Shown here: positions 1 through 14,042 of the stretch, piece after piece | Layout: each line of letters starts with the position of its first letter | How positions within the stretch are numbered: position 1 is the stretch's first letter | Assembly: GCA_035532475.1 (NCBI GenBank) | Contig: DATKQY010000015.1 | Span: 6,229 to 30,228 of the forward strand | DNA: 24,000 nucleotides | Source of the DNA: Acidimicrobiales bacterium | GTDB lineage: Bacteria; Actinomycetota; Acidimicrobiia; Acidimicrobiales; Bog-793 | Direction: 5' to 3' | Notes under the pieces: generated by a model | Seen by the model: only the letters and a program-made list of their open reading frames with translations | Told to the model about the DNA's origin: nothing | Databases searched by the model: none | Program-made: the position numbers and the translations under genes

Positions 1-537
1 CCCCAGGGCGTGCCGCAGATCGAGGTCACCTTCGACATCGACGCGAACGGCATCGTCCACGTGTCGGCCCGCGACCGCGCGACCGGCAAGGAGCAGTCGA
101 TGACCATCACCGGCCAGTCCTCATTGCCGAAGGACGACATCAACCGCATGATCCGCGACGCCGAGCAGCACGCCTCGGACGACCGGCGCAGGCGGGAGGA
201 GGCCGAGATCCGCAACAACGCCGACACCCTCGTGCACCGGACGGAGAAGCTGCTCCGCGACGAGGGCGACAAGTTCACCGGCGAGGAGAAGGACAAGGTG
301 GACGCGGCCCTCAAGGAACTGAAGGAGGCGCTGGAGGGCTCGGACTTCGAGGCCATTCGCCGCACCACCGAGGCGCTGGTCACGGCCTCGCAGGCCTTCG
401 CGCAGCGCCTGTACGACCAGGCCGCGCAGCAGAGTCCCCCTGCGGGCGGCGCCACCCGGACCGGCGGCTCGTCTGCCAGCGACGACGAGGTGGTGGACGC
501 CGAGATCGTGGACGACCCCGGCTCGGCCCAGGCATGA
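1..537 (+). CDS. dnaK: Chaperone DnaK (Hsp70), C-terminal part; 5' end lies outside the window
   Basis: The frame is open from base 1. The translation [38 protein letters not shown]...[29 protein letters not shown] is the conserved Hsp70 substrate-binding/lid region with an acidic C-terminus. The TGA stop overlaps the grpE ATG (ATGA). It is followed by grpE-dnaJ-hspR. Confidence 0.95.
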   Translation, partial: PQGVPQIEVTFDIDANGIVHVSARDRATGKEQSMTITGQSSLPKDDINRMIRDAEQHASDDRRRREEAEIRNNADTLVHRTEKLLRDEGDKFTGEEKDKVDAALKELKEALEGSDFEAIRRTTEALVTASQAFAQRLYDQAAQQSPPAGGATRTGGSSASDDEVVDAEIVDDPGSAQA

Positions 538-1253
538 GCGGCGAGGAGACGATGTCGGACTGGGATGGGCTGGACCCGTCCCAGTCCGCGGCGCCGGGCT
601 CCGGCGCCTTCGAGGGCGAGCACGAGGTGGCCCGCGCCTATGGCGACGCCCAGCGGGCCGCGGACGAGGCGATGTCCGAGGATGGCCCCGACGCGGCCGA
701 CGGCGCCGAGGTGGCCGAGGCGGCGGGACCACCGGACGGCGAGGAGTCGCCGGTCCTGCCCGACGTCGAGAAGCTGACCGCCGAGCGCGACGAGTACCTC
801 GACGCGCTGCGACGGCTCCAGGCCGAGTTCGACAACTACCGCAAGCGGACCGTCCGTCAGCAGACGGAGCTGCTCGACCGCGCCGCCGAGGGACTGCTCG
901 AGCGGTTGCTGCCGGTGCTCGACGCCGTCGACCTTGCGCTCGCGCACGTCGGCGAGCCCGACTCGGCCGACGAGCAGGCCAAGCTGTCATCGGCGTTCGT
1001 CCAGATCGGAACGCTGCTGAGGGACATCCTCGCCAAGGAGGGACTCGAGCGCATCGACGAGGCCGGGGTGCCGTTCGACCCCACCGTCCACGACGCAGTC
1101 GCCCACCTGCTCGCCGATGCGCTCGAGACGCCAGACGCCGGTGCCTCCCCGGACGACGAGCCGGGCGGCGCCGTCGTGGCCGAGGTGCTGCGCGCCGGCT
1201 ACCGGCTGAAGGGCCGGGTCGTGCGCCCAGCCATGGTGAACGTGCGGGGTTAG
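534..1253 (+). CDS. grpE: Nucleotide exchange factor GrpE
   Basis: 239 aa. It has an acidic low-complexity N-terminus followed by the GrpE core ([26 protein letters not shown]...[20 protein letters not shown]). The ATG overlaps the dnaK stop. Its position between dnaK and dnaJ fits. Confidence 0.95.
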   Translation: MSGEETMSDWDGLDPSQSAAPGSGAFEGEHEVARAYGDAQRAADEAMSEDGPDAADGAEVAEAAGPPDGEESPVLPDVEKLTAERDEYLDALRRLQAEFDNYRKRTVRQQTELLDRAAEGLLERLLPVLDAVDLALAHVGEPDSADEQAKLSSAFVQIGTLLRDILAKEGLERIDEAGVPFDPTVHDAVAHLLADALETPDAGASPDDEPGGAVVAEVLRAGYRLKGRVVRPAMVNVRG

Positions 1254-1266
1254 GGGGAGCAGACGC

Positions 1267-2361
1267 GTGGCGGCGCAGCGGGAGTGGTTCGAGACCGACT
1301 ACTACAAGGTGCTCGGCGTCTCACAAGAGGCGAGCGAGAAGGAGATCACGCGCGCCTACCGCAAGCTCGCGAAGCAGTTCCACCCCGACGCGAACCCTGG
1401 CGCGGAAGACCGCTTCAAGGAGATCACCGCCGCCTACGACGTCCTCGGCGACGCCCAGAAGCGCAAGGAGTACGACGAGGTTCGTCGCCTCGGAGCGGGC
1501 AACCCGCTCGGCCAGGCGGGCGGCTTCAACTTCCGGGTCGAAGATCTCGGTGACCTCTTCGGCGGGATCTTCCGGGGCGGCACCCAGGGGCGCCGCCGCA
1601 GCACCGCTCCCGGGGCCGGGCCCCAGCGGGGCGCGGACGTCGAGGCGGAGCTTCATCTCTCGTTCCAGGAGGCCGTCGAGGGTGCCATCACCTCGGTGAA
1701 CGTCGCGACGAACGTCGTCTGCGCCACGTGCGCCGGCAGCGGGTCCAAGCCCGGCACGATGCCGGTCATCTGCCCTCGCTGCGGCGGCACCGGTGTCATC
1801 AACGACAATCAGGGTCTCTTCTCCCTCTCCTCGCCGTGCCCGGAATGCCGGGGACGGGGCACGAAGATCGTCGATCCCTGTCCGACGTGCTTCGGCACGG
1901 GCGCGCAGCGGCGCGAGCGGCGGGTGAGGGTGCGGATCCCCGCGGGCGTCGACGACGGCCAGCGCATCCGGATCAAAGGGCGCGGCGAGCCGGGGCGCAA
2001 CGGCGGTCCCGGGGGCGACCTGTTCGTGACCGTCCACGTGACGCCGCACCCCCTCTTCGGCCGGCGCGGCCGCGACCTCACGCTGACCGTCCCGGTCACC
2101 TTCCCCGAGGTGACCCTCGGCGCGACCATCACCGTCCCCTCGCTCGACAAGCCGGTGACCTTGAAGGTGCCGCCGGGCACGAAGACCGGCAGGACCTTCC
2201 GCGTGCGCGGGCACGGCCTGCACAGCGGCGGCCAGAGCGGCGACTTGCTCGTCACCGTCGAGGTGGTGGTCCCGACGGAGCTCAACGACGCCCAGCGCAA
2301 GGCGGTCCAGGCGCTCGCCGAGGCGACGTCGTCGTCGCCGCGGACCGGTCTCGGGGTGTGA
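1267..2361 (+). CDS. dnaJ: Co-chaperone DnaJ (Hsp40)
   Basis: GTG start preceded by GGGGGAG. J-domain with the HPD motif (DYYKVLGV...KQFHPDANPG). A G/F-like region follows. Four CxxCxGxG zinc-finger repeats are present (CATCAGSG, CPRCGGTG, CPECRGRG, CPTCFGTG). Confidence 0.97.
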   Translation: MAAQREWFETDYYKVLGVSQEASEKEITRAYRKLAKQFHPDANPGAEDRFKEITAAYDVLGDAQKRKEYDEVRRLGAGNPLGQAGGFNFRVEDLGDLFGGIFRGGTQGRRRSTAPGAGPQRGADVEAELHLSFQEAVEGAITSVNVATNVVCATCAGSGSKPGTMPVICPRCGGTGVINDNQGLFSLSSPCPECRGRGTKIVDPCPTCFGTGAQRRERRVRVRIPAGVDDGQRIRIKGRGEPGRNGGPGGDLFVTVHVTPHPLFGRRGRDLTLTVPVTFPEVTLGATITVPSLDKPVTLKVPPGTKTGRTFRVRGHGLHSGGQSGDLLVTVEVVVPTELNDAQRKAVQALAEATSSSPRTGLGV

Positions 2362-2366
2362 CGACG

Positions 2367-2768
2367 ATGGCACGCGAACGGCCCGTCGGGCCATCCACCC
2401 GCGCCCTCTACGTCATCTCGGTGGCGGCGGAGCTCGCCGGCGTGCACCCCCAGACGCTCCGGATCTACGAACGAAAGGGGCTGGTCGACCCGGCGCGCAC
2501 CGGCGGCGGGAACCGGCGCTACTCCGACGCCGACATCGCCCACCTCCGGCGGATCCAGGAGCTCACCGCCGGCGGGGTGAACCTCGAGGGCGTCCGGCGG
2601 ATCCTCACGCTCGAGGCCCAGGTCTCGCTGCTCGAGCGCGAGCTCGAGCGGGCCCGCGCCGAGGCACGCGACGCGGTGGCGAAGACGCACCGCCAGTACC
2701 GGCGCGACCTCGTACCGGTCCGCAGCGAGACGCTCCCCGCTCGCTGGCGGTCGCGAGGCGCGACGTAG
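2367..2768 (+). CDS. hspR: MerR-family heat-shock repressor HspR
   Basis: The internal ATG at 2367 of the 1728..2768 ORF gives 133 aa. The MerR-type HTH reads [52 protein letters not shown], followed by a coiled-coil tail. It is the fourth gene of a dnaK operon, as in Streptomyces and Mycobacterium. Confidence 0.85.
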   Translation: MARERPVGPSTRALYVISVAAELAGVHPQTLRIYERKGLVDPARTGGGNRRYSDADIAHLRRIQELTAGGVNLEGVRRILTLEAQVSLLERELERARAEARDAVAKTHRQYRRDLVPVRSETLPARWRSRGAT

Positions 2769-2811
2769 GGGAAGCAGGCACGACGACGAGAACGACGAGA
2801 AGCAGGTAGGC

Positions 2812-6658
<3,847 letters not shown>

Positions 6659-6662
6659 GCCG

Positions 6663-7949
6663 GTGAAGGTCTGCGTCGTCGGCTCCGGCGCGCGCGAGCA
6701 CGCCCTCGCGCTCGCGCTCGCGAGGACGGCCGACGTCGTCGTGGCGCCAGGCAACGCCGGCACGACCGGCCGCTCGCCCGAGGGCCACGCGATCGCCGCC
6801 AGCACCTCCCCGGTCGGGGAGATCCCCGCCGACCTCGTCGTCGTCGGGCCCGAGGGCCCGCTCGTCGACGGCCTCGCCGACCGGCTGCGTGCCTCCGGCC
6901 GCGCGGTGCTCGGCCCGGGCGCCGACGGGGCGCGCCTCGAGGGCTCGAAGGCGTTCATGAAGGAGCTGGCCGCGGCTGCGGGTGTGCCGAGCGCGCGTCA
7001 CGCCACCGTCGATCGGTTCGCCGACGCCGTCGCCTTTCTCGACACCCTGCCCGGTCCCTATGTCGTGAAGACCGACGGCCTGGCGGCGGGCAAAGGGGTC
7101 CTCGTCACGGCGGAGCGCGCCGAGGCCGAGGCGGACGTCGCCGCCAAGCTCTCGGGCGAGGCCTTCGGCCGGGCCGGCCGGCGCGTCGTGCTGGAGGAGG
7201 CGATGTCGGGTCCCGAGCTCTCCCTCCTCGTCCTCTGCGACGGCGAGCGGGCGGTTCCGCTGCCGCCCGCCCAGGACTTCAAGCGGGTCGGTGACGGCGA
7301 CACCGGGCCGAACACCGGCGGGATGGGCGCCTACTCGCCGGTGCCGCTCGCCGACGACGGCGTCGTCGGCGAGGTGATGGAGCGCATCGTCGAGCCGAGC
7401 CTCGCCGAGCTCAGGCGGCGTGGGATCGACTACCGCGGGGTCCTCTACGCCGGGCTGATGCTCACCGAGGACGGGCCGAGGCTGGTCGAGTTCAACGTCC
7501 GCCTCGGCGACCCGGAGGCACAGGTCGTCCTGCCACGGCTCGTCGGCGACGTCGCCGAGCTGTTCTTCCGGGCGGCGACGGGCAGGCTCCCGGCCGTCGC
7601 GCCGGAGGTCTCGCGTGACGCCGCGGTCAGCGTGGTGATGGCCGCCGCCGGCTACCCCGCGGCGGCACGCTCGGGCGATCGCATCGGCGGCATCGAGCGA
7701 GCCGGTACGGTCGAGGGCGTGACCATCCTCCACGGCGCCACGGCCCTCGACGGATCGGGCCGCCTCGTCACCGCGGGCGGTCGGGTGCTGTCGGTCACGG
7801 CCGTCGGCGCGACGATCGCCGACGCGCGCGAGCGCGCCTACGAGGCGGCGGGCCGCATCTCCTTCGAGGGCGCCCAGTACCGCCGCGACATCGCCGCGCC
7901 GGCCGGAGCCGGTCACGCCGGACCGGCGACGCGGGTGGCCGCCACGTGA
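6663..7949 (+). CDS. purD: Phosphoribosylamine--glycine ligase (GAR synthetase)
   Basis: The N-terminus MKVCVVGSGAREHALALALA matches PurD. An ATP-grasp core is present (YVVKTDGLAAGKGV, GPNTGGMGAYSP, RGVLYAGLMLTEDGPRLVEFNVRLGDPE). It starts 4 nt after the purA stop. Confidence 0.95.
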   Translation: MKVCVVGSGAREHALALALARTADVVVAPGNAGTTGRSPEGHAIAASTSPVGEIPADLVVVGPEGPLVDGLADRLRASGRAVLGPGADGARLEGSKAFMKELAAAAGVPSARHATVDRFADAVAFLDTLPGPYVVKTDGLAAGKGVLVTAERAEAEADVAAKLSGEAFGRAGRRVVLEEAMSGPELSLLVLCDGERAVPLPPAQDFKRVGDGDTGPNTGGMGAYSPVPLADDGVVGEVMERIVEPSLAELRRRGIDYRGVLYAGLMLTEDGPRLVEFNVRLGDPEAQVVLPRLVGDVAELFFRAATGRLPAVAPEVSRDAAVSVVMAAAGYPAAARSGDRIGGIERAGTVEGVTILHGATALDGSGRLVTAGGRVLSVTAVGATIADARERAYEAAGRISFEGAQYRRDIAAPAGAGHAGPATRVAAT

Positions 7950-9274
7950 TCCCCCGCTACTGCCTCCCGGAGATGGCGGCGCTCTTCACCGACGAGGCGC
8001 GTCTCGGCCTGTGGCTGGAGGTGGAGCTCCTCGCCCTCGAGGCCTGGTCGAAGCTCGGGGTCGTGCCGGCCGAGCACGCCGCGGCAGCGCGCCGGCGGGC
8101 GCCCGTCGTCGACGCCGACTTCGTCGCCCGCGTCGCCGAGCGCGAGCGCGTCACCGACCACGACGTGGCGGCCTTTGTCGACGTCGTCCAGGAGGCGATC
8201 GGCCCGCCGGAGGGCTCGTGGGTCCACCACGGCCTCACCTCGAGCGATGTGGTCGACACGGCCCTGTCCGCGACGCTCGTCCGCGCGGCGGACCTGCTCC
8301 TCGTGGCGTCCGCCGAGCTGGTCGCCGCCCTGAAGCGGCGCGCCCTCGAGCACGCCGCGACGCCGATGCTCGGCCGGACGCACGGCATGCACGCCGAGCC
8401 GACCACCTTCGGGGTGAAGCTCGCGCTCTACTGCCTGCAGGCCGAGCGCGACCGCGAGCGGCTGGGTCGGGCGCGCGAGGCGGTGGCCGTCGGCAAGCTC
8501 TCCGGAGCCGTCGGCACCTACTCCAACATCGAGCCCGACGTCGAGGAGCAGGTCTGCACGGCGCTCGGCCTGCGCCCGACGCCGGCGACCCAGGTGATCC
8601 CGCGCGACCGTCACGCCGAGTACCTCTACGCGTGCGCCGCCGTCGGCGCCACCGTCGAGGCGCTCGCGACCGAGCTGCGCCACCTCCAGCGCAGCGAGGT
8701 CGCCGAGACCGAGGAGCCGTTCGGTGCGGGGCAGAAGGGCTCGTCCGCGATGCCCCACAAGCGCAACCCGATCACGAGCGAGCGCCTCGTCGGCATGGCG
8801 CGGGTGCTCCGCGGCTACCTCGTGGCGGGCTTCGAGGACGTGGCGCTCTGGCACGAGCGCGACATCTCCCACAGCTCGGTGGAGCGCATCGTGCTCCCCG
8901 ACGCGAGCCTGCTCGCCTACTACGTGCTGCGCCGGGCCGCCCGGCTCGTCGACGGCCTGGTCGTGCACGAGGACCGGATGCGCGAGAACCTGCTCGAGCG
9001 CTCGCTCGGGCTCGTCTTCTCCCAGCCCGTCCTCCTCGCGCTCGTCGAGTCGGGCATGGGGCGCGACGCCGCCTACCGCGCCGTGCAGCGCGACGCCCGG
9101 CGTGCCTTCGAGGAGCGCCGGGCGTTCCGCCAGGTGCTCGAGGAGGACGAGGAGCTCGTCGCGGCGCTCGGTGCGACGCGCGCCGGGACCCTGCTCGACG
9201 AGGCATTCGATCTGGAGCGGGCGCTGCGCAACGCCCACCGCACCATTGACGCGCTGGAGGAGGTCGGGACGTGA
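7946..9274 (+). CDS. purB: Adenylosuccinate lyase
   Basis: N-terminus IPRYCLPEMAALFTDEARL. The fumarate-lyase signature GSSAMPHKRNP and the HHGLTSSDVVDTAL motif are present. The GTG overlaps the purD stop (GTGA). Confidence 0.95.
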   Translation: MIPRYCLPEMAALFTDEARLGLWLEVELLALEAWSKLGVVPAEHAAAARRRAPVVDADFVARVAERERVTDHDVAAFVDVVQEAIGPPEGSWVHHGLTSSDVVDTALSATLVRAADLLLVASAELVAALKRRALEHAATPMLGRTHGMHAEPTTFGVKLALYCLQAERDRERLGRAREAVAVGKLSGAVGTYSNIEPDVEEQVCTALGLRPTPATQVIPRDRHAEYLYACAAVGATVEALATELRHLQRSEVAETEEPFGAGQKGSSAMPHKRNPITSERLVGMARVLRGYLVAGFEDVALWHERDISHSSVERIVLPDASLLAYYVLRRAARLVDGLVVHEDRMRENLLERSLGLVFSQPVLLALVESGMGRDAAYRAVQRDARRAFEERRAFRQVLEEDEELVAALGATRAGTLLDEAFDLERALRNAHRTIDALEEVGT

Positions 9275-10152
9275 CGTTGGAGCGTGTCTACTCGGGCAAG
9301 GTGCGCGACGTCTATGACGCCGGCGACGGACTGCTCCTGATGGTCGCGTCGGACCGCATCTCGGCCTTCGACCGCGTGTTCGACGAGCCGATCCCCGACA
9401 AGGGGCGCGTGCTCACCGCCATGACGGCGTTCTGGGCGGTCGAGCTCGCCGAGATCGCCCCGAGCCACCTCGTCACCGTCGACCCGGCGTCCTTCCCGGT
9501 CGACGCGCTGGACATCTCCGACCTCGAGGGTCGGGCGATGCTCGTGCGCAGCGCCGAGATGCTCCCGATCGAGTGCATCGTCCGCGGCTACATCACCGGC
9601 TCGGCCTGGAAGGAGTACCGCGCCTCGGGGACGATGCACGGCTCGCCGCTCCCGGAGGGCCTGCGCGAGTCGGACCGGCTCCCCGAGCCGGTCTTCACGC
9701 CGTCCACGAAGGCGACCGAGGGCCACGACGTCAACATCTCCTTCGAGGAGGCGGCGGCGCTCGTGGGTGCCGAGCTCGCCGCGCGCGCCCGCGAGGTGTC
9801 CCTCAGCGCCTACTCGCTCGGCGCCGCCCGCGCGCTCGCCCGGGGGATCGTCATCGCTGACACGAAGTTCGAGCTCGGCCTGATCGACGGCGAGCTCGCG
9901 ATCTGCGACGAGATCCTCACACCGGACTCGTCGCGCTTTTGGCCCGCGGACGCGTGGTCGCCGGGCTCCTCGCCGCCCTCGTACGACAAGCAGCCGGTGC
10001 GCGACTGGGCGGACGGCACCGGCTGGGACAAGGACTCGCCGCCGCCACCGATCCCCCCCGAGGTCGTCACCGCCACCCGCGAGCGTTACATCACCGCCTA
10101 CGAGCGGATCTCGGGGCTGGCGTTCTCGGACTGGTGGGGTGTCGGCTCGTGA
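9271..10152 (+). CDS. purC: SAICAR synthetase
   Basis: YSGKVRDVYDAGDGLLLMVASDRISAFD and IVIADTKFELG...CDEILTPDSSRFW are typical of long-form PurC. The GTG overlaps the purB stop. Confidence 0.95.
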   Translation: MTLERVYSGKVRDVYDAGDGLLLMVASDRISAFDRVFDEPIPDKGRVLTAMTAFWAVELAEIAPSHLVTVDPASFPVDALDISDLEGRAMLVRSAEMLPIECIVRGYITGSAWKEYRASGTMHGSPLPEGLRESDRLPEPVFTPSTKATEGHDVNISFEEAAALVGAELAARAREVSLSAYSLGAARALARGIVIADTKFELGLIDGELAICDEILTPDSSRFWPADAWSPGSSPPSYDKQPVRDWADGTGWDKDSPPPPIPPEVVTATRERYITAYERISGLAFSDWWGVGS

Positions 10153-10415
10153 TCTTCGCCGTCACGGTCGAGATCCGGGGCCTCGCCGGCATCGCCGACC
10201 CCGAGGGCCAGACCATCGAGCGCGCGCTCCCGGCGCTCGGCTTCGCCGGCGTGCGCGACGTCCACGTCGGCAAGGTCGTCACCTTCGAGCTCGAGGCCCC
10301 GGACGAGGCCGACGCCCGGCGCCGCGTCGAGGAGATGTGCCATCGCCTGCTCGCCAACCCGGTGATCCAGCGCTTCGAGGCCGACGTGCGTCCGGCGGGG
10401 GGAGCCGGTTCGTGA
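10149..10415 (+). CDS. purS: FGAM synthase subunit PurS
   Basis: The internal GTG at 10149 of the 9939..10415 ORF gives 88 aa. The sequence GIADPEGQTIERALPALGFAGVRDVHVGKVVTFEL...MCHRLLANPVIQRFE is the PurS fold signature. It overlaps the purC stop and the purQ start. Confidence 0.9.
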   Translation: MIFAVTVEIRGLAGIADPEGQTIERALPALGFAGVRDVHVGKVVTFELEAPDEADARRRVEEMCHRLLANPVIQRFEADVRPAGGAGS

Positions 10416-11128
10416 CGCCGCGCGTCGGTGTCGTGCTGTTCCCCGGTTCCAACTGCGAGCACGACGTCGTGCGGGCCCTCGCCGCCCTCGGCGCCGCGCC
10501 CGAGATCGTCTGGCACGGCGACTCCTGCCTCGACGGACTCGACGCCGTCGTCGTCCCGGGAGGCTTCGCGCACGGCGACTACCTGCGGCCCGGGGCGATC
10601 GCCCGCTTCTCGCCGGTGATGGGGGCGATCGAGCGCCTAGCCGGCGCCGGCCGTCCCGTGCTCGGCATCTGCAACGGGTTCCAGGTGCTGACCGAGGCCG
10701 GGATGCTGCCGGGCGCGCTCATGCGCAACGCCGGGCTCCGCTTCATCTGCTCGACGGTCGAGTGCACCGTCAGCTCGACCACCTCGGTGCTCACCTCCGG
10801 CGTGCCCGCGGGAGCGACGCTCCGGCTGCCCATCAACCACTACGAGGGCAACTACACCTGCGACGAGGCGACGCTCGTCGAGCTCGAGGCGAACGGCCAG
10901 CTCGTGCTGCGCTACTGCGACAACCCGAACGGCTCGACGGCCTCGATCGCTGGCGTGGCGAACCGCGCCGGCAACGTGGTCGGCCTGATGCCCCACCCCG
11001 AGCGCGCGAGCGACCCGCTGCTCGGGTCGGCGGACGGGGTGGTGCTGCTCAGGTCGTTCATCGAGGCGGCGGGCGCCTACGCGAGCGGTTCTCCCCGGCG
11101 CGCGGCGCCGGGGAGCGTCGCGTCCTAG
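10412..11128 (+). CDS. purQ: FGAM synthase glutaminase subunit PurQ
   Basis: GTG at 10412. RVGVVLFPGSNCEHD is followed by the class-I amidotransferase nucleophile GICNGFQVL and the C-terminal MPHPER. It sits between purS and purL. Confidence 0.93.
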   Translation: MTPRVGVVLFPGSNCEHDVVRALAALGAAPEIVWHGDSCLDGLDAVVVPGGFAHGDYLRPGAIARFSPVMGAIERLAGAGRPVLGICNGFQVLTEAGMLPGALMRNAGLRFICSTVECTVSSTTSVLTSGVPAGATLRLPINHYEGNYTCDEATLVELEANGQLVLRYCDNPNGSTASIAGVANRAGNVVGLMPHPERASDPLLGSADGVVLLRSFIEAAGAYASGSPRRAAPGSVAS

Positions 11129-11544
11129 GAGCCCCCGCCCCGGTGCACGCCGGCCCGTCGCAGCACCTCTGCCGGGACGCCCGCCTCGCGCCAGGTGGAG
11201 TAGTCGATGCCCTTGCGGGCGCCGTACTCCTTCGCCGCCTCGACGAACGCCTCTTCGAGCGAGGTGATGTCCTCGGCGGCATCGCCGCCCTCGAGTCGGC
11301 TCTCGATGGCCTTGCGCTGCTGGATGAGATGGAGCCGCTTCAACGGGTCGGCGTCGCGCAGGCGCGCCTCGATATCGGCCAGCTGCTTTTTCAGCGAGTC
11401 GGTGCTCGGGCGGCGCCCACGGCGCGGGCGGCTGCGCTCGATGGCTTCGAGGTAACGGCGGACGGCGAGACCCTGGGCGCGTCCGGCAGCAAGTGCCGCC
11501 TTGTGTTCGGACGTCATCGCGGATCGTTTTCTGGGGGTAGCCAT
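11125..11544 (-). CDS. Uncharacterised small basic/helical protein (139 aa; an alternative ATG at 11514 gives 129 aa)
   Basis: It fills the otherwise unexplained gap between purQ and purL on the opposite strand. Reading the codons by eye, third positions are overwhelmingly G/C, as in the neighbouring real genes. The composition is K/E/I/L/D/Y-containing, unlike the R/A/P/G shadow ORFs (...SEHKAALAAGRAQGLAVRRYLEAIERSR...LKKQLADIEARLRDADPLKRLHLIQQRKAIESRLEG...EEAFVEAAKEYGARKGIDYSTWREAGVPAEVLRRAGV). I cannot name the family. The 5' part of the 222-aa ORF (11545-11793) runs antisense into purL and is rejected. Confidence 0.75.
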   Translation of the reverse strand: MATPRKRSAMTSEHKAALAAGRAQGLAVRRYLEAIERSRPRRGRRPSTDSLKKQLADIEARLRDADPLKRLHLIQQRKAIESRLEGGDAAEDITSLEEAFVEAAKEYGARKGIDYSTWREAGVPAEVLRRAGVHRGGGS

Positions 11545-11550
11545 ACCACC

Positions 11551-11579
11551 ACTATGGCGCGCCCACGGCGAATGTGCAA
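11551..11579 (-). promoter_or_regulatory. Candidate promoter for a leaderless transcript of the small antisense gene
   Basis: On the minus strand the order is TTGCAC, 17 nt, CATAGT, 6 nt, ATG. That places an ANNNT-type -10 hexamer at -12..-7 relative to the A of the start codon, which is the leaderless geometry common in actinobacteria. The identification rests on this pattern only. Confidence 0.3.
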
Positions 11580-11629
11580 CGTCGCATTGACCAAATACCC
11601 GGCCGACGGCAATGCATGTGGAGGGCACA

Positions 11630-13939
11630 ATGACAGCCCGCAACGATGACAGTGGCCACAGCGTCACCGCGAGTGGCGGCGACCCGATGAACGCCCACCG
11701 GGAGCTGGGTCTCACCGATGCCGAGTACGACTCCATCCTCACCGTCCTCGGCCGTGCTCCGACGCCCGTCGAGCTGGCGATGTACGCCGTCATGTGGAGC
11801 GAGCACTGCTCCTACAAGTCCTCGAGGATCCATCTCGGCCGCCTGCCGACCGAGGGCCCCGGCGTGCTTGTCGGACCTGGGGAGAACGCCGGCGTGGTGG
11901 ACGTCGGCGATGGTCTCGCTATCGCTCTGCGGATCGAGAGCCATAATCACCCGTCGGCGATAGAGCCCTATCAGGGAGCAGCCACTGGTGTCGGTGGCAT
12001 TCTTCGCGACATCTTCACGATGGGTGCACGACCGATTGCGTTGATTGACCCACTGTTCATAGGGCCGCTCGAGGACCCGCACAGCCGCTACATCCTCGAT
12101 GGTGTCGTCAGGGGGATAGCGGGCTATGGGAACTCTGTCGGGGTGCCGACCGTCGGCGGCCAGCTGACCTTCGACGGGACCTATCGCGGCAATCCCCTTG
12201 TCAACGTCTTCTGTCTCGGGCTGATGCGCGTCGAGCACATGGTGCTTGCCCGGGCTTCGGGCGTGGGCAACCTCGCGGTGCTGCTCGGATCGCGAACTGG
12301 GCGGGACGGCATTGGTGGTGTGAGCGTGCTCGCGTCGGCCGAGTTCGGCGACGCGACCTCGGGCGAGGAGTCGGCGAAGCGCCCGAGCGTGCAGGTCGGC
12401 GACCCGTACGAGGAGAAGCGGCTCATCGAGGCCTGCCTGGAGCTGCTCCAGGCAGGCCTCGTCGTCGGCATCCAGGATCTCGGCGGGGCGGGGCTCGCCT
12501 GCGCGACGAGCGAGACGGCCGCTCGCGGCGGGCTCGGGATGGACGTCGACGTCACCTCGGTGCCCTGCCGCGAGCTGCGCATGAGCCCGGTCGAGGTGAT
12601 GACGAGCGAGAGCCAGGAACGGATGCTGGCGATCGTCACGCCCGAGGCGCTCGAGCGCGTCGAGGAGGTCTGTCGGCGCTGGGAGGTCACCGCCGCCGTC
12701 GTCGGGCGGGTGGCCGCGCCCGACGCCGACGGCGTCGGGCGGCTGCGGGTCCGCCTCGGCCCGGAGGGCGAGGTCGTCGGCGAGCTCCCCGCCGGGTCGC
12801 TCGCCGACGGCGCCCCCCGCTACGAGCGACCGATCGCGCCCCCCGCCGACCTCGGGCACCGGCGCGCCGACGACCCCGGCCGGCTCCCCGCGCCCGCCGA
12901 TTGCGGGTCCGACCTCCTCCGGCTCCTCTATGACCCGTCGTGGGTGTTCCGCCAGTACGACCACCAGCTGTTCCTCAACACCGTGTGCGGGCCCGGCGAA
13001 GCCGACGCCGCCGTCTTGAAGCTCGCGGCGCCCGGCATCGAGTGGAGCGGGAAGGCCCTCGCGTTGAGCGCGGACGCCAACCCCGGCTGGTGCCGGGTGG
13101 ACCCGCGCCGTGGGACGGCGGCCACCGTCGCCGAGTCGGTGCTGAACGTCGCCTGCGCCGGTGCCCGCCCGCTCGCGCTCGTGAACTGCCTGAACTTCGG
13201 CAATCCCGAGCACCCTGAGGTGATGTGGGAGCTCAGCGAGGCGATCGACGGCATGTCGGAGGCCTGCCTGGCGCTCGGGGTCCCGGTGGTCGGCGGGAAC
13301 GTCTCGCTCTACAACGCCTCGGGCGGCGAGGACATCGATCCCACCCCTGTCGTCGCCGTCGTCGGTCTCGTCGAGCGGCTCGCCGCCCGCCCGCCGGCCA
13401 TCTCCTGGCGGGCCGGCGACCGGCTCGTCCTGCTCGGGAGCCACGAGGCCTCGCTCGCCGGCTCCCGTTGGGCGAGGACGCTGCGGGGCTGCACGGGCGG
13501 CGAGCTGGCGCGGCTCGACCTGGCCGCCCACCGGCGTCTCTGCGGGCTCGTGCAGGAGCTGGTCGCCGCCGAGGTCGCCGCGCCCGCCGGCGGGGCCCTC
13601 GGGCTCGTCCACGGGGTTCACGACATCTCCGACGGCGGTCTCGCGGTGGCCCTCGCCGAGCTCGCCCTCGGCTCGGGGGTCGGCTGCAAGGTGGAGGGCG
13701 TGGCCTCGCACCGCGAGCTGTTCTCCGAGGCGCCCTCGCGGGTGGTCGTCGCCACCGGCCGGCCCGACGAGCTCCTCGAGCGCGCTCACCGAGCCGGCGT
13801 GGCGGCCTCCGTGCTCGGCACGGCCGCCGGCTCCCGCCTCGTCGTCGAGGGACTCGTCGACCTCGCTCTCGACGAGGTCGCCGGGGCCTGGTCGTCGCGT
13901 CTGCCCCGCGCGCTCGAGACCCCCGCCGCCGCCGTGTGA
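11630..13939 (+). CDS. purL: FGAM synthase large subunit PurL
   Basis: ATG at 11630 is preceded by TGGAGGG; the ORF track starts 18 nt earlier, at 11612. [12 protein letters not shown]...[45 protein letters not shown] and [19 protein letters not shown] are PurL (small-form) signatures. Confidence 0.95.
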   Translation: MTARNDDSGHSVTASGGDPMNAHRELGLTDAEYDSILTVLGRAPTPVELAMYAVMWSEHCSYKSSRIHLGRLPTEGPGVLVGPGENAGVVDVGDGLAIALRIESHNHPSAIEPYQGAATGVGGILRDIFTMGARPIALIDPLFIGPLEDPHSRYILDGVVRGIAGYGNSVGVPTVGGQLTFDGTYRGNPLVNVFCLGLMRVEHMVLARASGVGNLAVLLGSRTGRDGIGGVSVLASAEFGDATSGEESAKRPSVQVGDPYEEKRLIEACLELLQAGLVVGIQDLGGAGLACATSETAARGGLGMDVDVTSVPCRELRMSPVEVMTSESQERMLAIVTPEALERVEEVCRRWEVTAAVVGRVAAPDADGVGRLRVRLGPEGEVVGELPAGSLADGAPRYERPIAPPADLGHRRADDPGRLPAPADCGSDLLRLLYDPSWVFRQYDHQLFLNTVCGPGEADAAVLKLAAPGIEWSGKALALSADANPGWCRVDPRRGTAATVAESVLNVACAGARPLALVNCLNFGNPEHPEVMWELSEAIDGMSEACLALGVPVVGGNVSLYNASGGEDIDPTPVVAVVGLVERLAARPPAISWRAGDRLVLLGSHEASLAGSRWARTLRGCTGGELARLDLAAHRRLCGLVQELVAAEVAAPAGGALGLVHGVHDISDGGLAVALAELALGSGVGCKVEGVASHRELFSEAPSRVVVATGRPDELLERAHRAGVAASVLGTAAGSRLVVEGLVDLALDEVAGAWSSRLPRALETPAAAV

Positions 13940-13971
13940 CCGCCCGCGCGGCGGCTCGGCCGTCGGGAGGT

Positions 13972-13990
13972 CATCCACAGGGTGTGGATG
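13972..13990. other. 8-bp perfect hairpin CATCCACA-GGG-TGTGGATG between the convergent purL and crgA genes
   Basis: Read directly from the sequence. It sits in a relatively A/T-richer 100-nt convergent spacer. No U-tract lies on either side, so a terminator role is only a guess. Confidence 0.3.
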
Positions 13991-14042
13991 AACTTGGGGA
14001 GAATTACAGAGCTGTGATCACGCCCGCCTGCCCCGCACCGGG

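Noticed and set aside
11567-11586. A weak dyad, AATGTGCAACGTCGCATT, in the divergent spacer upstream of purL, considered as a PurR/PurBox-type operator.
   Set aside because: Only the outer 4-6 bp pair, and there is no match to the Bacillus-type PurBox that I can recognise. It is not distinguishable from chance.
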